Source of the DNA: Acidimicrobiales bacterium
GTDB taxonomy: Bacteria; Actinomycetota; Acidimicrobiia; Acidimicrobiales; Bog-793
Direction of reading: 5' to 3'
Length of the DNA: 64,000 nt
NCBI GenBank assembly: GCA_035532075.1
Contig: DATKRV010000021.1
Span: 1,887 to 65,886 of the forward strand
Part shown: positions 34,975 through 46,331 of the stretch, one piece after another
How the letters are laid out: the number at the start of each line of letters is the position of its first letter
How positions within the stretch are numbered: the stretch's first letter is position 1
Position numbers and translations under genes: made by a program
Notes under the pieces: generated by a model
The model's database searches: none
Told to the model about the DNA's origin: nothing
What the model saw: only the letters and a program-made list of their open reading frames with translations

Positions 34975-35276
34975 TGGCAGTCGAGTTCACGCCTGAAGAG
35001 GTCACCTATGTGGCGGCGCTCGCTCGGCTTGAGCTGACCGAAGCAGAGGTAGAGCATTACGCGAGGCAGCTCAGCGCGGTGCTTGGCCATGTCGACGCAA
35101 TCCGAGCCCTCGATCTCACGGGGGTGGAGCCCAGTTCGCACTCGTTCGATCTTGTCAATGTCTTGCGCGAAGACGTCGTCGCGCCCAGCCTCGACCGGGA
35201 TGAGGTACTTCGTGCCGCGCCACTCGTGGAGAGCGGGAGATTCCGAGTTCCCCCAATCCTCGGAGAGGCACCATGA
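34974..35276 (+). CDS. gatC: Asp/Glu-tRNA amidotransferase subunit C
   Basis: 100 aa with [31 protein letters not shown], directly upstream of gatA. Confidence 0.9.
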   Translation: MAVEFTPEEVTYVAALARLELTEAEVEHYARQLSAVLGHVDAIRALDLTGVEPSSHSFDLVNVLREDVVAPSLDRDEVLRAAPLVESGRFRVPPILGEAP

Positions 35277-36760
35277 GTTCCACCGCAATGCCCGACGCGA
35301 TGAATGCATTCGAGATTGCGCACGCGGTGCGAACCGGAGCGGTTCTTGCCCGGACCGTGGTCATGGACGCACTTGAGCGGATTGCGAACCAAGAGCAAGA
35401 TCTCCACTGTTTCAACGTCGTCACCGAAGATGTTGCTCTTGCCGCAGCCGACGCAGTCGATGCGACGGTAGCGCGTGGCGAGGATCCGGGACCGCTTGCC
35501 GGTGTGCCGGTGGCATTGAAGGACAATCTCTGTACTCGGGGTATCGCGACGACCTGCTCGTCGAAGATCCTCGAGGGCTGGATCCCCCCCTATGACGCAA
35601 CCGTGGTCGACCGTCTCCGGCGAGCTGGTGCGATCGTGGTCGGGAAGACAAACCTCGACGAGTTTGCAATGGGGTCGTCGACGGAGAACTCGGCGTTTGG
35701 CCCCTCGAGGAACCCCTGGGACCATTCGCGCGTTCCCGGAGGATCATCGGGGGGAAGCGCGGCCGCCGTAGCGGCGGGTTATGTACCGCTCTCACTCGGC
35801 TCCGATACCGGAGGCTCGATCCGCCAGCCCGCGTCGTTCTGTGGTGTCGTCGGTGTCAAGCCGACCTATGGCCTTGTCTCGCGCTATGGGTTGATCGCCT
35901 TCGCGAGCTCACTCGATCAGATCGGCCCGTTTGCCACGACCGTTGCTGACGCAGCGCTCTTGTTAGAATCCATTGGCGGACATGACTCGAGGGATTCGAC
36001 CTCACTCGATGGTGAATCGGTCGCGGTTGTCGATGCGCTCGAACTCGGTGTCGTTGGCCTTCGCGTCGGGATCATCCGGGACTTCCTCGTCGATGCCGAT
36101 GATTCGGTGGTCAGCGCCGTCAACGCGGCAGCCGCTGCGCTGGCTGTCGTGGGGGCAACGGTTGACGAGGTTGCGATTCCCGAGCTGATGAACGGACTCG
36201 CCGCCTACTATCTGATCGCTCCGGCTGAGGCCTCTTCGAATCTGTCGCGCTATGACGGAGTGCGCTACGGACTCAGGGTCGACGGTCCCGATGTCGCGGC
36301 GATGAATGCAAGGACGCGTGCCGAGGGATTTGGTGCTGAAGTCAAGCGCCGCATCATGCTCGGCACCTACGTCCTTTCAGCTGGTTACTACGACGCGTAT
36401 TACGCGCAGGCCCAACGTGTACGTACCCTGGTGGCTGGCGCGTTCAACCGGGCCTATGAGCGTTTTGATGTGCTGATCGGGCCGACGACCCCTTCAGTCG
36501 CCTTTGCTCTTGGTCAAAAGACCGAGGATCCGCTTGCGATGTATCTCTCCGATCTGTTCACCATTCCCTCGAACCTTGCCGGCCATCCGGCGATGAGCGT
36601 TCCATTTGCGCTCGGCGAACACGGTCTTCCGATCGGTGTGCAGGTATTTGCCCCGGCACTCAAGGAGTCGGTGATGTTCCGGGTCGCACATGCAATCGAG
36701 GCCGCTCAACAGACCGGGTGTCGTGCCCCCGTCGGACTTTCGCGAAGTACTCGGTCGTGA
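35273..36760 (+). CDS. gatA: Asp/Glu-tRNA amidotransferase subunit A
   Basis: 495 aa with the amidase signature ([14 protein letters not shown]...[12 protein letters not shown]). Confidence 0.97.
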   Translation: MSSTAMPDAMNAFEIAHAVRTGAVLARTVVMDALERIANQEQDLHCFNVVTEDVALAAADAVDATVARGEDPGPLAGVPVALKDNLCTRGIATTCSSKILEGWIPPYDATVVDRLRRAGAIVVGKTNLDEFAMGSSTENSAFGPSRNPWDHSRVPGGSSGGSAAAVAAGYVPLSLGSDTGGSIRQPASFCGVVGVKPTYGLVSRYGLIAFASSLDQIGPFATTVADAALLLESIGGHDSRDSTSLDGESVAVVDALELGVVGLRVGIIRDFLVDADDSVVSAVNAAAAALAVVGATVDEVAIPELMNGLAAYYLIAPAEASSNLSRYDGVRYGLRVDGPDVAAMNARTRAEGFGAEVKRRIMLGTYVLSAGYYDAYYAQAQRVRTLVAGAFNRAYERFDVLIGPTTPSVAFALGQKTEDPLAMYLSDLFTIPSNLAGHPAMSVPFALGEHGLPIGVQVFAPALKESVMFRVAHAIEAAQQTGCRAPVGLSRSTRS

Positions 36761-38211
36761 CTCTTCTCACTCCCGGATGGGAGCTCACCGTTGGTCTCGA
36801 GGTGCACTGCGAACTCCAGACGGAGACCAAGCTGTTCTGTTCGTGCGCGAATGCGTTCGGTGAGGAGCCAAACACGAACGTCTGTCCGGTTTGTCTCGGA
36901 CTTCCGGGATCGCTCCCGGTGCTCAATCGACTAGCCGTCGAATACGCGATGCGGATTGGCATAGCGCTCAATTGCAGGGTGGAACCTTCGATCTTTCACC
37001 GCAAGAACTATTTCTATCCGGACATGCCAAAGGACTATCAGGTCAGCCAGTACGACTCGCCGATCAATGTCGATGGCTTCATCGAATTGCCAGCAGGAAC
37101 GCGTGTCGGCATCGAACGCGCACACCTTGAAGAAGACACCGGAAAGACGAGCCACATGGGAGGTGGTGGACGGATTCATGATGCGGACTACTCGTTGGTA
37201 GATTACAACCGTGCGGGAGTTCCGCTCGTCGAGATTGTCTCGCGACCCGATATCAGCTCGCCCGACGATGCACGTGCCTATGTCAGCGAGCTGCGTTCGA
37301 TTCTCGTTGCGAGCGGTGCCTCTGACGGCCGCATGGAGGAGGGGTCACTGCGCGTCGATGCGAATGTTTCGGTGAGACGCAGCGGTATGGTTGAACTTGG
37401 TACGCGTTGCGAGGTGAAGAACATGAACTCGCTCCGATCCCTCGGGCGAGCGATCGAGTACGAGGCACTGCGTCAGATCGGGCTGCTCGAATCTGGAGGG
37501 CGCGTCGTACAAGAGACCCGGCACTGGAACGAGAACGAGGGGAGGACGTCATCGCTGCGCTCGAAGGAAGAGGCGTACGACTATCGCTACTTCCCAGAGC
37601 CAGACCTTGTCGCGCTGAGCCCGGAGTCCGAGTGGATCGATGCGGTTCGTGACGCACTTCCACCGATGCCGAACGCGCGCCGCGCCACGCTTGGTGCCCT
37701 GGTTCTCTCGTCAGATCCTGGTCTTGACGAGCACGCGCTGCGTGACCAGATCGCAACTGTCGTCGATCTTGGACTCGACCAGTTGGTGAGCGAGGCAATT
37801 GGCGAGGGAGCTGACGGCCGACTCGCGCTTGCAAGGTGTGCGAACGAGGCGGCGACACGGCCGGACGCGGCCCGCGCCCTTGACCCCCGCGCATTTGGCG
37901 TACTGATCGGTCTCGAGGCCGGCGGAAAGATCTCCGCCACGCAGTCCAAGACCGTGCTGTTGGAGATGCTCGATGGCAGCGGCGAGCCGCTCGAGATCGT
38001 CAAAAGGCTTGGGTTCGAGGGGGTGGACAAGATTCATCTCGGTGCCATCATCGACCAGATCATCGCGGCCAACCCTGCCGAGTGGCAGCGTTTTGTCGAA
38101 GGTGACGAAAAGGTCGCGCAGTTCCTCTTTGGACAGGTGATGCGAGAGACCAAGGGCAATGCGAACGGAAAGCTTGTCGCCGAGGCATTTCACGCGAGAA
38201 AGAGCGGCTGA
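36757..38211 (+). CDS. gatB: Asp/Glu-tRNA amidotransferase subunit B
   Basis: Motifs [21 protein letters not shown] and [14 protein letters not shown] 36757, which overlaps the gatA stop (GTGA), is preferred over the upstream ORF opening at 36718. Confidence 0.96.
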   Translation: MTLLTPGWELTVGLEVHCELQTETKLFCSCANAFGEEPNTNVCPVCLGLPGSLPVLNRLAVEYAMRIGIALNCRVEPSIFHRKNYFYPDMPKDYQVSQYDSPINVDGFIELPAGTRVGIERAHLEEDTGKTSHMGGGGRIHDADYSLVDYNRAGVPLVEIVSRPDISSPDDARAYVSELRSILVASGASDGRMEEGSLRVDANVSVRRSGMVELGTRCEVKNMNSLRSLGRAIEYEALRQIGLLESGGRVVQETRHWNENEGRTSSLRSKEEAYDYRYFPEPDLVALSPESEWIDAVRDALPPMPNARRATLGALVLSSDPGLDEHALRDQIATVVDLGLDQLVSEAIGEGADGRLALARCANEAATRPDAARALDPRAFGVLIGLEAGGKISATQSKTVLLEMLDGSGEPLEIVKRLGFEGVDKIHLGAIIDQIIAANPAEWQRFVEGDEKVAQFLFGQVMRETKGNANGKLVAEAFHARKSG

Positions 38212-38299
38212 CCGGATCTGGTCGAGCATCGTCCGTCGGCGATCTTTGGCCCGGGGTCACCCATTTTGCCAGTGTTTGCCAACAACGTAGTGTTATGGG

Positions 38300-40003
38300 A
38301 TGGCGAACAGCGATGACAACCCGGTAGCAAAAAGTCTCAAGATCCATTCTCAGGACGTCACCGACGGTCCGCGTCGCGCAGGGGCACGGGCAATGCTTCG
38401 GGCCGTAGGGATGCATGATGAGGATTTTTCCAAGCCTCAGATCGGCATCGCCTCGACGTGGAATGAGGTCACACCGTGCAACATGTCGATCGATCGTCTC
38501 GCGCAAAGGGCAAAGGCCGGAGTCTTCGCAGCCGGTGGCTATCCGCTGGAATTTCTCACCATCACGGTTTCGGACGGAATCTCGATGGGCCACGAGGGGA
38601 TGCGCGCCTCGCTCGTCAGTCGCGAGGTGATCACCGACTCGGTTGAGACGGTGATGCATGCCGAGCGCTTCGATGGGTTCGTGGGACTTGCGGGATGCGA
38701 TAAATCGCTCCCGGCGATGTTGATGGCCGCGGCGAGGATCAATCTCCCGATGGTCTTTGTCTATGCGGGATCGATCATGCCGGGTCACTACCTCGATAAG
38801 ACGCTTGACATCGTCAGTGTCTTCGAGGCGATCGGTGCGCACGCCGCCGGTCAGATCGATGATGACATGCTCTATCAGATCGAGAGCCATGCCTGTCCAG
38901 GTGAGGGAGCGTGCGCGGGAATGTTCACTGCGAATACCATGGCTTCGATTGGCGAGGCGATCGGAATGTCCCTGCCCGCAGGGGCATCCGCTCCGGCGAT
39001 CGATGCTCGACGTGATGAGGTGGCATTCGACTCTGGTCAGGCGGTGATCCGGCAGCTTGAACTTGGGATCCGGCCGCGTGACATCATGACCAAGCATGCA
39101 TTTGAGAATGCAATCGCGGTGACGATGGCACTTGGGGGTTCGACGAACGCGGTTCTTCATCTTCTCGCGATAGCGAATGAGGCAGAGGTCGATCTCAACA
39201 TCGATGACTTTGCCAGAGTCGGCAAGCGGGTGCCTCATCTCGCGGATATGAAGCCGCACGGGAAGTTTCACATGTTCGACCTCGATCGCATCGGAGGAGT
39301 ACCGGTGGTAATGAAGATGTTGCTCGATGCCGGGCTTTTGCACGGAGAGGTGATGACCTGCAACGGCTACACGATGGGCGAGAACCTCGAGAGGTTGGCG
39401 CCTCCAGCTCCCGACGGCGTCGTTGTCCATCCAATGGAGTCGCCGATCCATGCCAGAGGCGGGATCGTCATCTTGCGCGGCAGTCTCGCTCCCTCGGGGG
39501 CTGTGGTCAAGATCGCCGGAACTGATCTTTCTACCTTCGATGGGCCAGCGCGCGTCTTTGACGGCGAGGCGGTGGCGATGGACGCGGTCATGGCGGGCGA
39601 CATTGTCCCGGGTACAGTGCTCGTCATCCGCTACGAGGGGCCAAAGGGTGGTCCGGGCATGCGCGAGATGCTCGCGATCACCGGGGCTTTGACCGGTGTT
39701 GGTCTTGGTGGGGAGTGCGCGCTCGTCACCGATGGAAGGTTCTCAGGTGGAACGCGTGGTTTTTGCATCGGACATGTTGCCCCGGAGGCGAGCGTCGGTG
39801 GACCGATCGGACTCGTCAAAGACGGCGATCGGATCGTGATCGACGCGAATGCGGGGACAATCGAACTCCTCGTCGATGAAGATGAACTCGAGCGACGCCG
39901 CGCCCTTTGGCAGCCGCTCGAACCGCGGTATCGCACGGGTGTGTTGGCAAAGTATGCCCGTCTCGCAACGGGCGCCGAGCGTGGAGCGGTCACGCTCGCC
40001 TGA
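38300..40003 (+). CDS. ilvD: Dihydroxy-acid dehydratase
   Basis: 567 aa with the IlvD/Edd motifs [31 protein letters not shown] and TDGRFSGGT. Confidence 0.97.
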   Translation: MANSDDNPVAKSLKIHSQDVTDGPRRAGARAMLRAVGMHDEDFSKPQIGIASTWNEVTPCNMSIDRLAQRAKAGVFAAGGYPLEFLTITVSDGISMGHEGMRASLVSREVITDSVETVMHAERFDGFVGLAGCDKSLPAMLMAAARINLPMVFVYAGSIMPGHYLDKTLDIVSVFEAIGAHAAGQIDDDMLYQIESHACPGEGACAGMFTANTMASIGEAIGMSLPAGASAPAIDARRDEVAFDSGQAVIRQLELGIRPRDIMTKHAFENAIAVTMALGGSTNAVLHLLAIANEAEVDLNIDDFARVGKRVPHLADMKPHGKFHMFDLDRIGGVPVVMKMLLDAGLLHGEVMTCNGYTMGENLERLAPPAPDGVVVHPMESPIHARGGIVILRGSLAPSGAVVKIAGTDLSTFDGPARVFDGEAVAMDAVMAGDIVPGTVLVIRYEGPKGGPGMREMLAITGALTGVGLGGECALVTDGRFSGGTRGFCIGHVAPEASVGGPIGLVKDGDRIVIDANAGTIELLVDEDELERRRALWQPLEPRYRTGVLAKYARLATGAERGAVTLA

Positions 40004-40316
40004 GCGAACTCGACAGCGCAAACCACGACTGGTTTACTTGAACGGAAAGTTTTCAGGAGACCGCATCGTCGCCGTAGGTAGACTTCAAGGTCTTCGGCAC
40101 TCACGAACGATGTAAGTCGACGTGGAGTGGTCGATGAAGATCATCAAAACGAATCGCGCCTGTTTTCTTACTTTTCGACTTTCTCGTAAGGGCAAGACTC
40201 ATATGTCTTTACGATGACGTCCTTGGTTGCAAATCTCGGACAAAGCAATATAGGGTTCTATTCACATAACTCATTGTCAATTTGGCAACTGCTGTTGGTA
40301 AGGGGGAAATACCGAC

Positions 40317-41078
40317 ATGGCAACATTGGATTCTGATATCAAGTCACTCGTGCCGAGATTCCGGTTCGGTAATATCTTGCCGACCAAAGATGATCTCCAT
40401 CGCGGGGCCAATTATCAGCTTTACCGGGTAGTTCCACTCGATGTGATGGAGATCTCTGTCGGACTTGGAATCACGGATTATACGAATGACAAAGTTGAAG
40501 AGGCGATGGGCAACTTTGAAGACTGTATTTCACGGCTCAAAGCAGAGCATGTAGATCGAATTATTCTCGCTGGTGCGCCGATCTCCGCGCAGCTTGGCCG
40601 ACCACGTGTACTCGAATTGCTTGATCGAATTCAGCAAGAGGTAGGTGTTCCCGGTGACGCTCCTCTTGAGGCTGCAATAGCGGCAATGAATGGACTTGGG
40701 ATGGATCGCCTCGCGATCGGAAGTCGATGGACGTCCGTGCTCAACAACAAGCTCATTGAGTATTTCAAGCTGGGAGGGATAGACGTTGTATTCGTGTCTG
40801 ACCGCGGCCAGTGGGCGCGCGAGGCGTTTGGGATGTCGTTTGAGGAAGGGCTCGAGAAGGCAGTTGAGGTGGGACGGGAGGCCGCGAGTAATCCTGACGG
40901 CGAAGCGGTTTATATTGCTGGTGGCGCCGCTATGTCGCTGCATGCAGTTCCAAAGGTTGAGGCTGAGTTCGGCAAGCCTGTTTTCACCAACATGACTGCC
41001 GAAGTTTGGAATGGACTCGTGCACCCCGGCGTAATCGACCCGGTCGAAGGCTGGGGACGGTTGCTGGGCATGAGGTAG
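40317..41078 (+). CDS. Asp/Glu-racemase-superfamily protein, maleate isomerase / arylmalonate decarboxylase-like, lacking the usual catalytic cysteines
   Basis: 253 aa with a two-lobed pattern. The strand-loop segments VDRIILAGAPISAQ and AVYIAGGAAMSLHAV occupy the positions where family members carry Cys. A strong RBS (aagggggaaataccgacATG) precedes the start. Confidence 0.7.
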   Translation: MATLDSDIKSLVPRFRFGNILPTKDDLHRGANYQLYRVVPLDVMEISVGLGITDYTNDKVEEAMGNFEDCISRLKAEHVDRIILAGAPISAQLGRPRVLELLDRIQQEVGVPGDAPLEAAIAAMNGLGMDRLAIGSRWTSVLNNKLIEYFKLGGIDVVFVSDRGQWAREAFGMSFEEGLEKAVEVGREAASNPDGEAVYIAGGAAMSLHAVPKVEAEFGKPVFTNMTAEVWNGLVHPGVIDPVEGWGRLLGMR

Positions 41079-41353
41079 CTGGGCAACTTGCAAGGCCTTT
41101 GACGTTCAAATCTGTCGTTCACAGACGAGATTTCCACCTGACCTACGAACTGAATCTGGAATTGTTGTTCTCGGTGACGGGTTCCACCGCAATGTTTTGA
41201 TCTTTCAGAGAGCAGCGCCACCTGTGGCTATTTTGGAATTTCGTTGAATACGGCAATAATCGAGACCAGGTGCTCCGCTCTCTGGCAGAAAAGATAGGTC
41301 TTGGTGTTCAACGAACAAAACTCGAAGCGTTCCGAAGATGAACGTGAGCACAG

Positions 41354-42778
41354 GTGACGAATAACGAGCCGTATGTTCCGGTGATACACGATTTGGCGGA
41401 ATGGCTCCTCGACTCAAAATCATCTCTTTTGCCCGATGTGGTGCGTAAAGCTGCCTCCCGACAGACTCTCGATAGTCTCGCCTGTGCCTTTGGTGGTATT
41501 GAGCATGAAGCCTCCGAGGTTGCTCTTCGGGTGGTGCTCGATCAAGGAGAGTTGCCCGAGTGCACGCTTATTGGTCAGACGTCGAGAGCCTCAATGGCGA
41601 ATGCAGCGTTCTACAACAGCACAATTGTCCGGGCAATTGATTGCAACGATATCTTTTTTCGTAACGGGCCACTTGGGCATCCGAGTGACAATATTCCAGT
41701 CGCGATCGCGATCGCGGAAAGACAGAAAGCGACCGGAATCGATTATCTCAATGCCGTGGTCTTGGGATACGAGATCAACTGGAGAATTCTCGATTACATC
41801 CGTGCTCATGCCGCAGCGCACGCAGCCCATTGGGACTATGTATCGTCGAGTGGAATAGTAAGTGCGGCGATGGCAGGTCTCTTATTGAAGCTTGATAAGA
41901 ATCAACTCGCAAACGCGATGGCGATCGCAGGAGTTCAGGGATTTACGCTTTCAGGGATTCGCCGAGGAAAGGTCTCGATGCTAAAAGCTTCGGCAGGCGC
42001 TTTTGCTGCCCAGCGTGGAGTTTTCGCAGCCTTGCTCGCCAAGGAAGGTATGACGGGACCTGCCGAGTTCTTGGAGGGGAATGGAGGAATGCTAACTGCG
42101 CTCGCTCTGGACGACAGTGGGGATTTGAGACAGAGATTGACCCAATCGACTGCCTTTTGGCACATTCTTGATGTGACGTCAAAACCATATCCCGCTATCG
42201 GGACGAGCCAATCAGCAATTTCGGCCGTGCTCGGCATGCGACGTGAGTTTGAGGTAAACGTCGCAAGTATTCAACGCATTGAAGTGCGTCTTCCCGACGT
42301 ACCAGCGGCGCGACTTCAGATGTCGGATCCGGACTTTCTCTCACCTACATCGCGTGAGACCGCGGACCACAGCCTGCCGTTTCTCGTTGCCGTAGCTCTT
42401 GAGGACGGTTGCCTTGGGATCGAACAGTTTAGAGGTAATCGATGGATGGATGAGACCACCAGAACGCTCATGGGTAGAGTCGTTCAGACGACCGATCCAA
42501 CTTTGAACATACATGCGGTAAAGGGATACCCGACTGTTGTCGCGATCGAAACAGTCGATGGGGAACGCTATGAACGAAAGGTCCTCGATGCCCCCGGTAG
42601 TCCTGAATCTCCACTTACCGATAACGAGATAACCGATAAGTTTCTGTCCTACGCCGATCCATTTCGAGTGGTCGGCCACAAGAAGGAACTTGCTTGGCGC
42701 TTCTTGAACCTCGAGCACGAGCAAGACATATCAGCATTGATTCGATGTTTGGGCGGAAAAGCACCCGAGTCCGATTGA
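41354..42778 (+). CDS. MmgE/PrpD family protein (2-methylcitrate dehydratase-like)
   Basis: 474 aa with family-typical segments (LDSLACAFGG, RAIDCNDIF, GHPSDNIP, the KPYPA... region and ADHSLPF). Confidence 0.85.
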   Translation: MTNNEPYVPVIHDLAEWLLDSKSSLLPDVVRKAASRQTLDSLACAFGGIEHEASEVALRVVLDQGELPECTLIGQTSRASMANAAFYNSTIVRAIDCNDIFFRNGPLGHPSDNIPVAIAIAERQKATGIDYLNAVVLGYEINWRILDYIRAHAAAHAAHWDYVSSSGIVSAAMAGLLLKLDKNQLANAMAIAGVQGFTLSGIRRGKVSMLKASAGAFAAQRGVFAALLAKEGMTGPAEFLEGNGGMLTALALDDSGDLRQRLTQSTAFWHILDVTSKPYPAIGTSQSAISAVLGMRREFEVNVASIQRIEVRLPDVPAARLQMSDPDFLSPTSRETADHSLPFLVAVALEDGCLGIEQFRGNRWMDETTRTLMGRVVQTTDPTLNIHAVKGYPTVVAIETVDGERYERKVLDAPGSPESPLTDNEITDKFLSYADPFRVVGHKKELAWRFLNLEHEQDISALIRCLGGKAPESD

Positions 42779-43240
42779 TTCGCGACGCGGCTCAGTCCCT
42801 TTATTTCAGTGATGTGCGGTTCAACGTCTCGCGCGTGCAACCACGGATTTCAATTTCCCATCCGTATTCGCGAGGAATCGACTGCAATCGATCGACCCTT
42901 GTGCCGCGCGACGCGAGAGTGAGGCGAGCCATCGAGCCATATTGCAAACGTAAGATCCGCTTCATCGGAGCCAAGCGGGAGCGCAGCGCACGCACGCGAA
43001 GAAGTTGGATCTTGCGCACCTCGCGGGACTCCTCCTGAGAGCTGCTGCGGTCTCTGAGAACATGTGAGCTCTCCCTTGAGAGTTCACCGACCGGTGGTCG
43101 ACGCATTTCTCGTGTCACAGGTTATAGTCTTCGGTGCGCGGCGTGAACTATATATTCCTTTGGGCAATTACAGAGTTCTTATCGGGAGCATGAATCAGAC
43201 GAGTCGGCAACAACATAGGGACACGAGGTGTGATACGACG

Positions 43241-43912
43241 ATGACGCAAGATAATTTCTCATACGACGGGATGCGCTTGGACTTCTCTGCAGACGAGTTT
43301 GCCCGGTTGACGCTAGCGCGACCTGAGAAGCGGAACGCGATTGGCTCCGAGATGTATGCATCTTTTCAGAGCGCTCTTCGAGAGTTAAATCGCCGCGAGG
43401 CCCGACTTTGTGTCCTGGCGAGTGAGGGTCCCAGTTTTTGTGCTGGAGCAGACCTGAAGGAGCTCGGTAAGGGGTTACCAGGAGCTCTCGACATGATTCG
43501 CGATATGGCCCAATCGGATATTTTATGGCTCGCGGAGGTACGAGGCGGTGTTCTCGGCGCGGCTGTCGCAATGGTCGCAGCCTGTCCGTTCGTCTTTTGT
43601 GATGAGACGGCGTGGTTTTCACTACCCGAGATAAAGCGTGGCATGTTCCCGGCTTCGATAGCAGACATTGTGGCCCTGGGAAGTAATAAAAGGTGGGCGT
43701 ATTCGATGGCACTTTCTGCCCGGCGAGTTTCTGCCAAAGAGGCAATGATGAATGGACTCGTCACTGAGGTTGTTCCAGAAAGTTTGCTCGCTGAGCGCAG
43801 TATTTCTTTCGCTCATGAAATTCAAGCAATCTGGGATAAAATAATCCTGAGTATGGAGGACTGGAGGGGTTCGCTTCGTCTGTCTGTTGCGGAGTTGTTG
43901 AACGCGCACTAG
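43241..43912 (+). CDS. Enoyl-CoA hydratase/isomerase (crotonase) family protein, short
   Basis: The internal ATG 43241 (RBS gaggtg) of ORF 43064..43912 gives 223 aa with LARPEKRNAIG and the oxyanion region SFCAGADLKE. Confidence 0.8.
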   Translation: MTQDNFSYDGMRLDFSADEFARLTLARPEKRNAIGSEMYASFQSALRELNRREARLCVLASEGPSFCAGADLKELGKGLPGALDMIRDMAQSDILWLAEVRGGVLGAAVAMVAACPFVFCDETAWFSLPEIKRGMFPASIADIVALGSNKRWAYSMALSARRVSAKEAMMNGLVTEVVPESLLAERSISFAHEIQAIWDKIILSMEDWRGSLRLSVAELLNAH

Positions 43913-44034
43913 GTGAGAGTATGGAGGCCTAATACGTACATCCGGTATTTTCTCGAAGATCGTGATCTGGTGAATCGATTAGCGCATAGACGAGAGCCGC
44001 CGTTCGAAAATGATGAATCGAGGTGCTGTAGATA

Positions 44035-44979
44035 TTGGCTAGCGCATCGCAAGAGAATTTTGAAAGTCTTAAACGAGCAGCTCTGAAACTTGGAGTAGAT
44101 ATTCCAGAGTTCGTCGATCCAATTGAGCGTCATGCAGTCGTGTCAGGCCATCGTCTCCATTATCTCGATTGGGGGAACAGCCAGAGACAACCGATTGTCT
44201 TTTTACATGGAAGGGCATTGACGGCCCACACTTGGGATCTCGTATGTCTCTCTCTCCGACAGGAATATCACTGTATTTCAATTGACCTTCGAGGACATGG
44301 AGAAAGCGAGTGGTCCCCTGTCGTGGACTACCGTCTTGAGACAATTTCAGACGAGATTCGGGCGTTCAGCGAGCAAGAGCTCTCATCGTCACCAATATTT
44401 GTTGGTATGTCATTGGGAGGTATGGTTGCGATGCGAGTTGCAGCTACTTTGCCTGTATCTCCTGAAGCGTTAGTCATTGTTGACATCGCTCCAACGCCAC
44501 CTCGCAGTTTGGGTAATGGAGATGGTCACCAAGTTTCTCCTAATCGGTTTAATGCAGGTCCAACTGAACTCAACACGATCGAAGATTTTGTTGAATGGGC
44601 GATGTCATTTAATCCTCGTCGAGATCCGAAATCCCTACGGTCGAGTATGTTGCACAACCTTCGTCAAATGCCGACTGGTAAATGGACGTGGAAATATGAT
44701 CCGCGCCAGTTCGAAATTGATCATGACGACGCTTCGCCGGCAAAAGGTACTCTTGATCATTGGGAAGATGCAAGATTGGTTCGGTGTCCAACGCTCATCG
44801 TTCGAGGTGCCGAAAGCCAGCATCTTTCGCGAGAGGGCGCAGAGGCATTCGCAAATGAGCTAAGCCACGGTCAATGGGTTGAGGTTGATGGCGCGGGGCA
44901 TTCAGTTCAAGGTGACAATCCGTCGGGACTATTAAAAGAGCTTCGTGGGTTCTTTGCTAGGTTAGGAATAACTGCATGA
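44035..44979 (+). CDS. Alpha/beta hydrolase
   Basis: 314 aa with IVFLHGRALTAHTWD, the nucleophile elbow GMSLGG and a C-terminal GAGHSVQGDNP. TTG start with the RBS gaggtg. Confidence 0.8.
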   Translation: MASASQENFESLKRAALKLGVDIPEFVDPIERHAVVSGHRLHYLDWGNSQRQPIVFLHGRALTAHTWDLVCLSLRQEYHCISIDLRGHGESEWSPVVDYRLETISDEIRAFSEQELSSSPIFVGMSLGGMVAMRVAATLPVSPEALVIVDIAPTPPRSLGNGDGHQVSPNRFNAGPTELNTIEDFVEWAMSFNPRRDPKSLRSSMLHNLRQMPTGKWTWKYDPRQFEIDHDDASPAKGTLDHWEDARLVRCPTLIVRGAESQHLSREGAEAFANELSHGQWVEVDGAGHSVQGDNPSGLLKELRGFFARLGITA

Positions 44980-45086
44980 GACAAATTCCGCGGATTGTCA
45001 TTGAGTCTCAAGTACAATCCGGGATTCGTGCTAGGAAATCGATCTTTGATTATTATTGAGATGAAAGCCTGACCCAAATTGATTCC

Positions 45087-45815
45087 GTGCGATCTTCAAT
45101 AACGATATTGCATGCCGCCGATGTACATGTGGGTTCGGGTGAGCCTGCAGCTACGGCGTTTTCAGCTTTGATGGCACTTGCGCGTTCGCGAGCGTTTGCT
45201 GCTCTCGTGATTGCCGGCGACCTATTCGATCATGCTCGAGTGTCACAGGACTCGGTTGACTGGGTGGCTCAAGAGCTTGGAAGTCTGGATATTCAAGTAG
45301 TTATCTTGCCAGGAAATCATGACTTGCATGGTCCTGAGTCAATCTACGCGAGGTTTGATCAAGAGCATCGTTATTCAACATTGCACGTGTTGTCGGATCC
45401 AAACGGAGAGACTTTCGAGGTTAAAGATGAGGATCTAACCTTTTGGGGGCGCCCAACTCTCGAACATTCGCCAGAGACGAGGCCCCTCGTGGGCATTCCA
45501 AAGCGACCAGATCGCGGATGGTCCGTCGTAGTTGCCCATGGAACTGCGAAGTCATCGGACGTGCCTACTGTTGAAGGGTCACCGATATATCCAAGAGATT
45601 TCAGTGTTGTCGATTGGGACTATGTGGCGTTAGGTCACATCCCACGATTTTTACGCGTACGCGAATCTCCAGTCCCCGCTTACTACGCAGGGAGCACCGT
45701 TCGATCTATCGATGATCGCCCAGGAGGTGCGGCAATCGTAGATCTGTCTCGCGGTCAAGTTGCGACGGTAAAGTGGATTTCGCTTGATAATCCCCTCTGG
45801 ACGGGCGCGCGTTAG
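45087..45815 (+). CDS. Calcineurin-like metallophosphoesterase
   Basis: 242 aa with the motifs ILHAADVHVG, IAGDLFDH, LPGNHD, VVAHG and ALGHIP. GTG start with a weak RBS. Confidence 0.75.
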   Translation: MRSSITILHAADVHVGSGEPAATAFSALMALARSRAFAALVIAGDLFDHARVSQDSVDWVAQELGSLDIQVVILPGNHDLHGPESIYARFDQEHRYSTLHVLSDPNGETFEVKDEDLTFWGRPTLEHSPETRPLVGIPKRPDRGWSVVVAHGTAKSSDVPTVEGSPIYPRDFSVVDWDYVALGHIPRFLRVRESPVPAYYAGSTVRSIDDRPGGAAIVDLSRGQVATVKWISLDNPLWTGAR

Positions 45816-46331
45816 GGTATTGGGATTTCTGATCCAGCGTCGTTGAATTCGATCTATATCCGGGATAACAAATTCCTGTTTGATCGTTCAGGTCTGTTCC
45901 GCGATTAACTTGACGAACTCGAACAGTAAGCGGAGCCACATTTTTTTCGCGGTGCTCGCCACATGTAGTGTCTTGAGCGTGCTCGACTGGGATCAGGCTG
46001 TCGAAAGAGAGACCGGTGGTTTCAGATGTTCTTTCGTTGAGAGAGCAGCAGTTTCAATATTGATCGGTCTTTGCTTCGCCTGGTCGTCTGAGCCGCTTTA
46101 CTACTCTTGAGCGAGATCATCTCGAGCGTCTTTGTTCCAAATCGACATCAGTTAAATAATGAATTCGCACAGAGTCGGACAAGACGAGCCAGCGATTGAC
46201 ATTACTTTGCTCGAGAGGTTACGCTACCGACAACAAATTTGAACCAAATGAATTAGAAATTGTGTATCCGAGATAAAGGGCTCGTTGCCCGCGGAGTTCG
46301 CGGATTGTCTTAGACGGGGGAGACAATTTAG

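Noticed and set aside
38060-39451. 463-aa minus-strand ORF
   Set aside because: It is antisense to ilvD (and the gatB end), has His/Arg/Asp-rich low-information composition, and is a shadow ORF.
43064-43240. 59-codon N-terminal extension of the short crotonase
   Set aside because: The extension is not crotonase-like. ATG 43241 has a proper RBS (gaggtg) and starts right at the conserved fold.
45087-45815. Metallophosphoesterase called as SbcD/Mre11 nuclease
   Set aside because: It shares only the generic calcineurin-fold motifs. It is short (242 aa), lacks the nuclease capping domain, and has no adjacent SbcC/Rad50 ATPase.
45816-46331. 515-bp gap upstream of the ABC ATPase examined for a riboswitch or small gene (ORF 45880-46110, small hairpins CCGCGgagttCGCGG and TTGTCTtagacgggggAGACAA)
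   Set aside because: I see no resemblance to any riboswitch class I can recognise by eye. The 76-aa ORF has a TTG start, no RBS and odd composition, and the hairpins are short. It is left as unexplained spacer.
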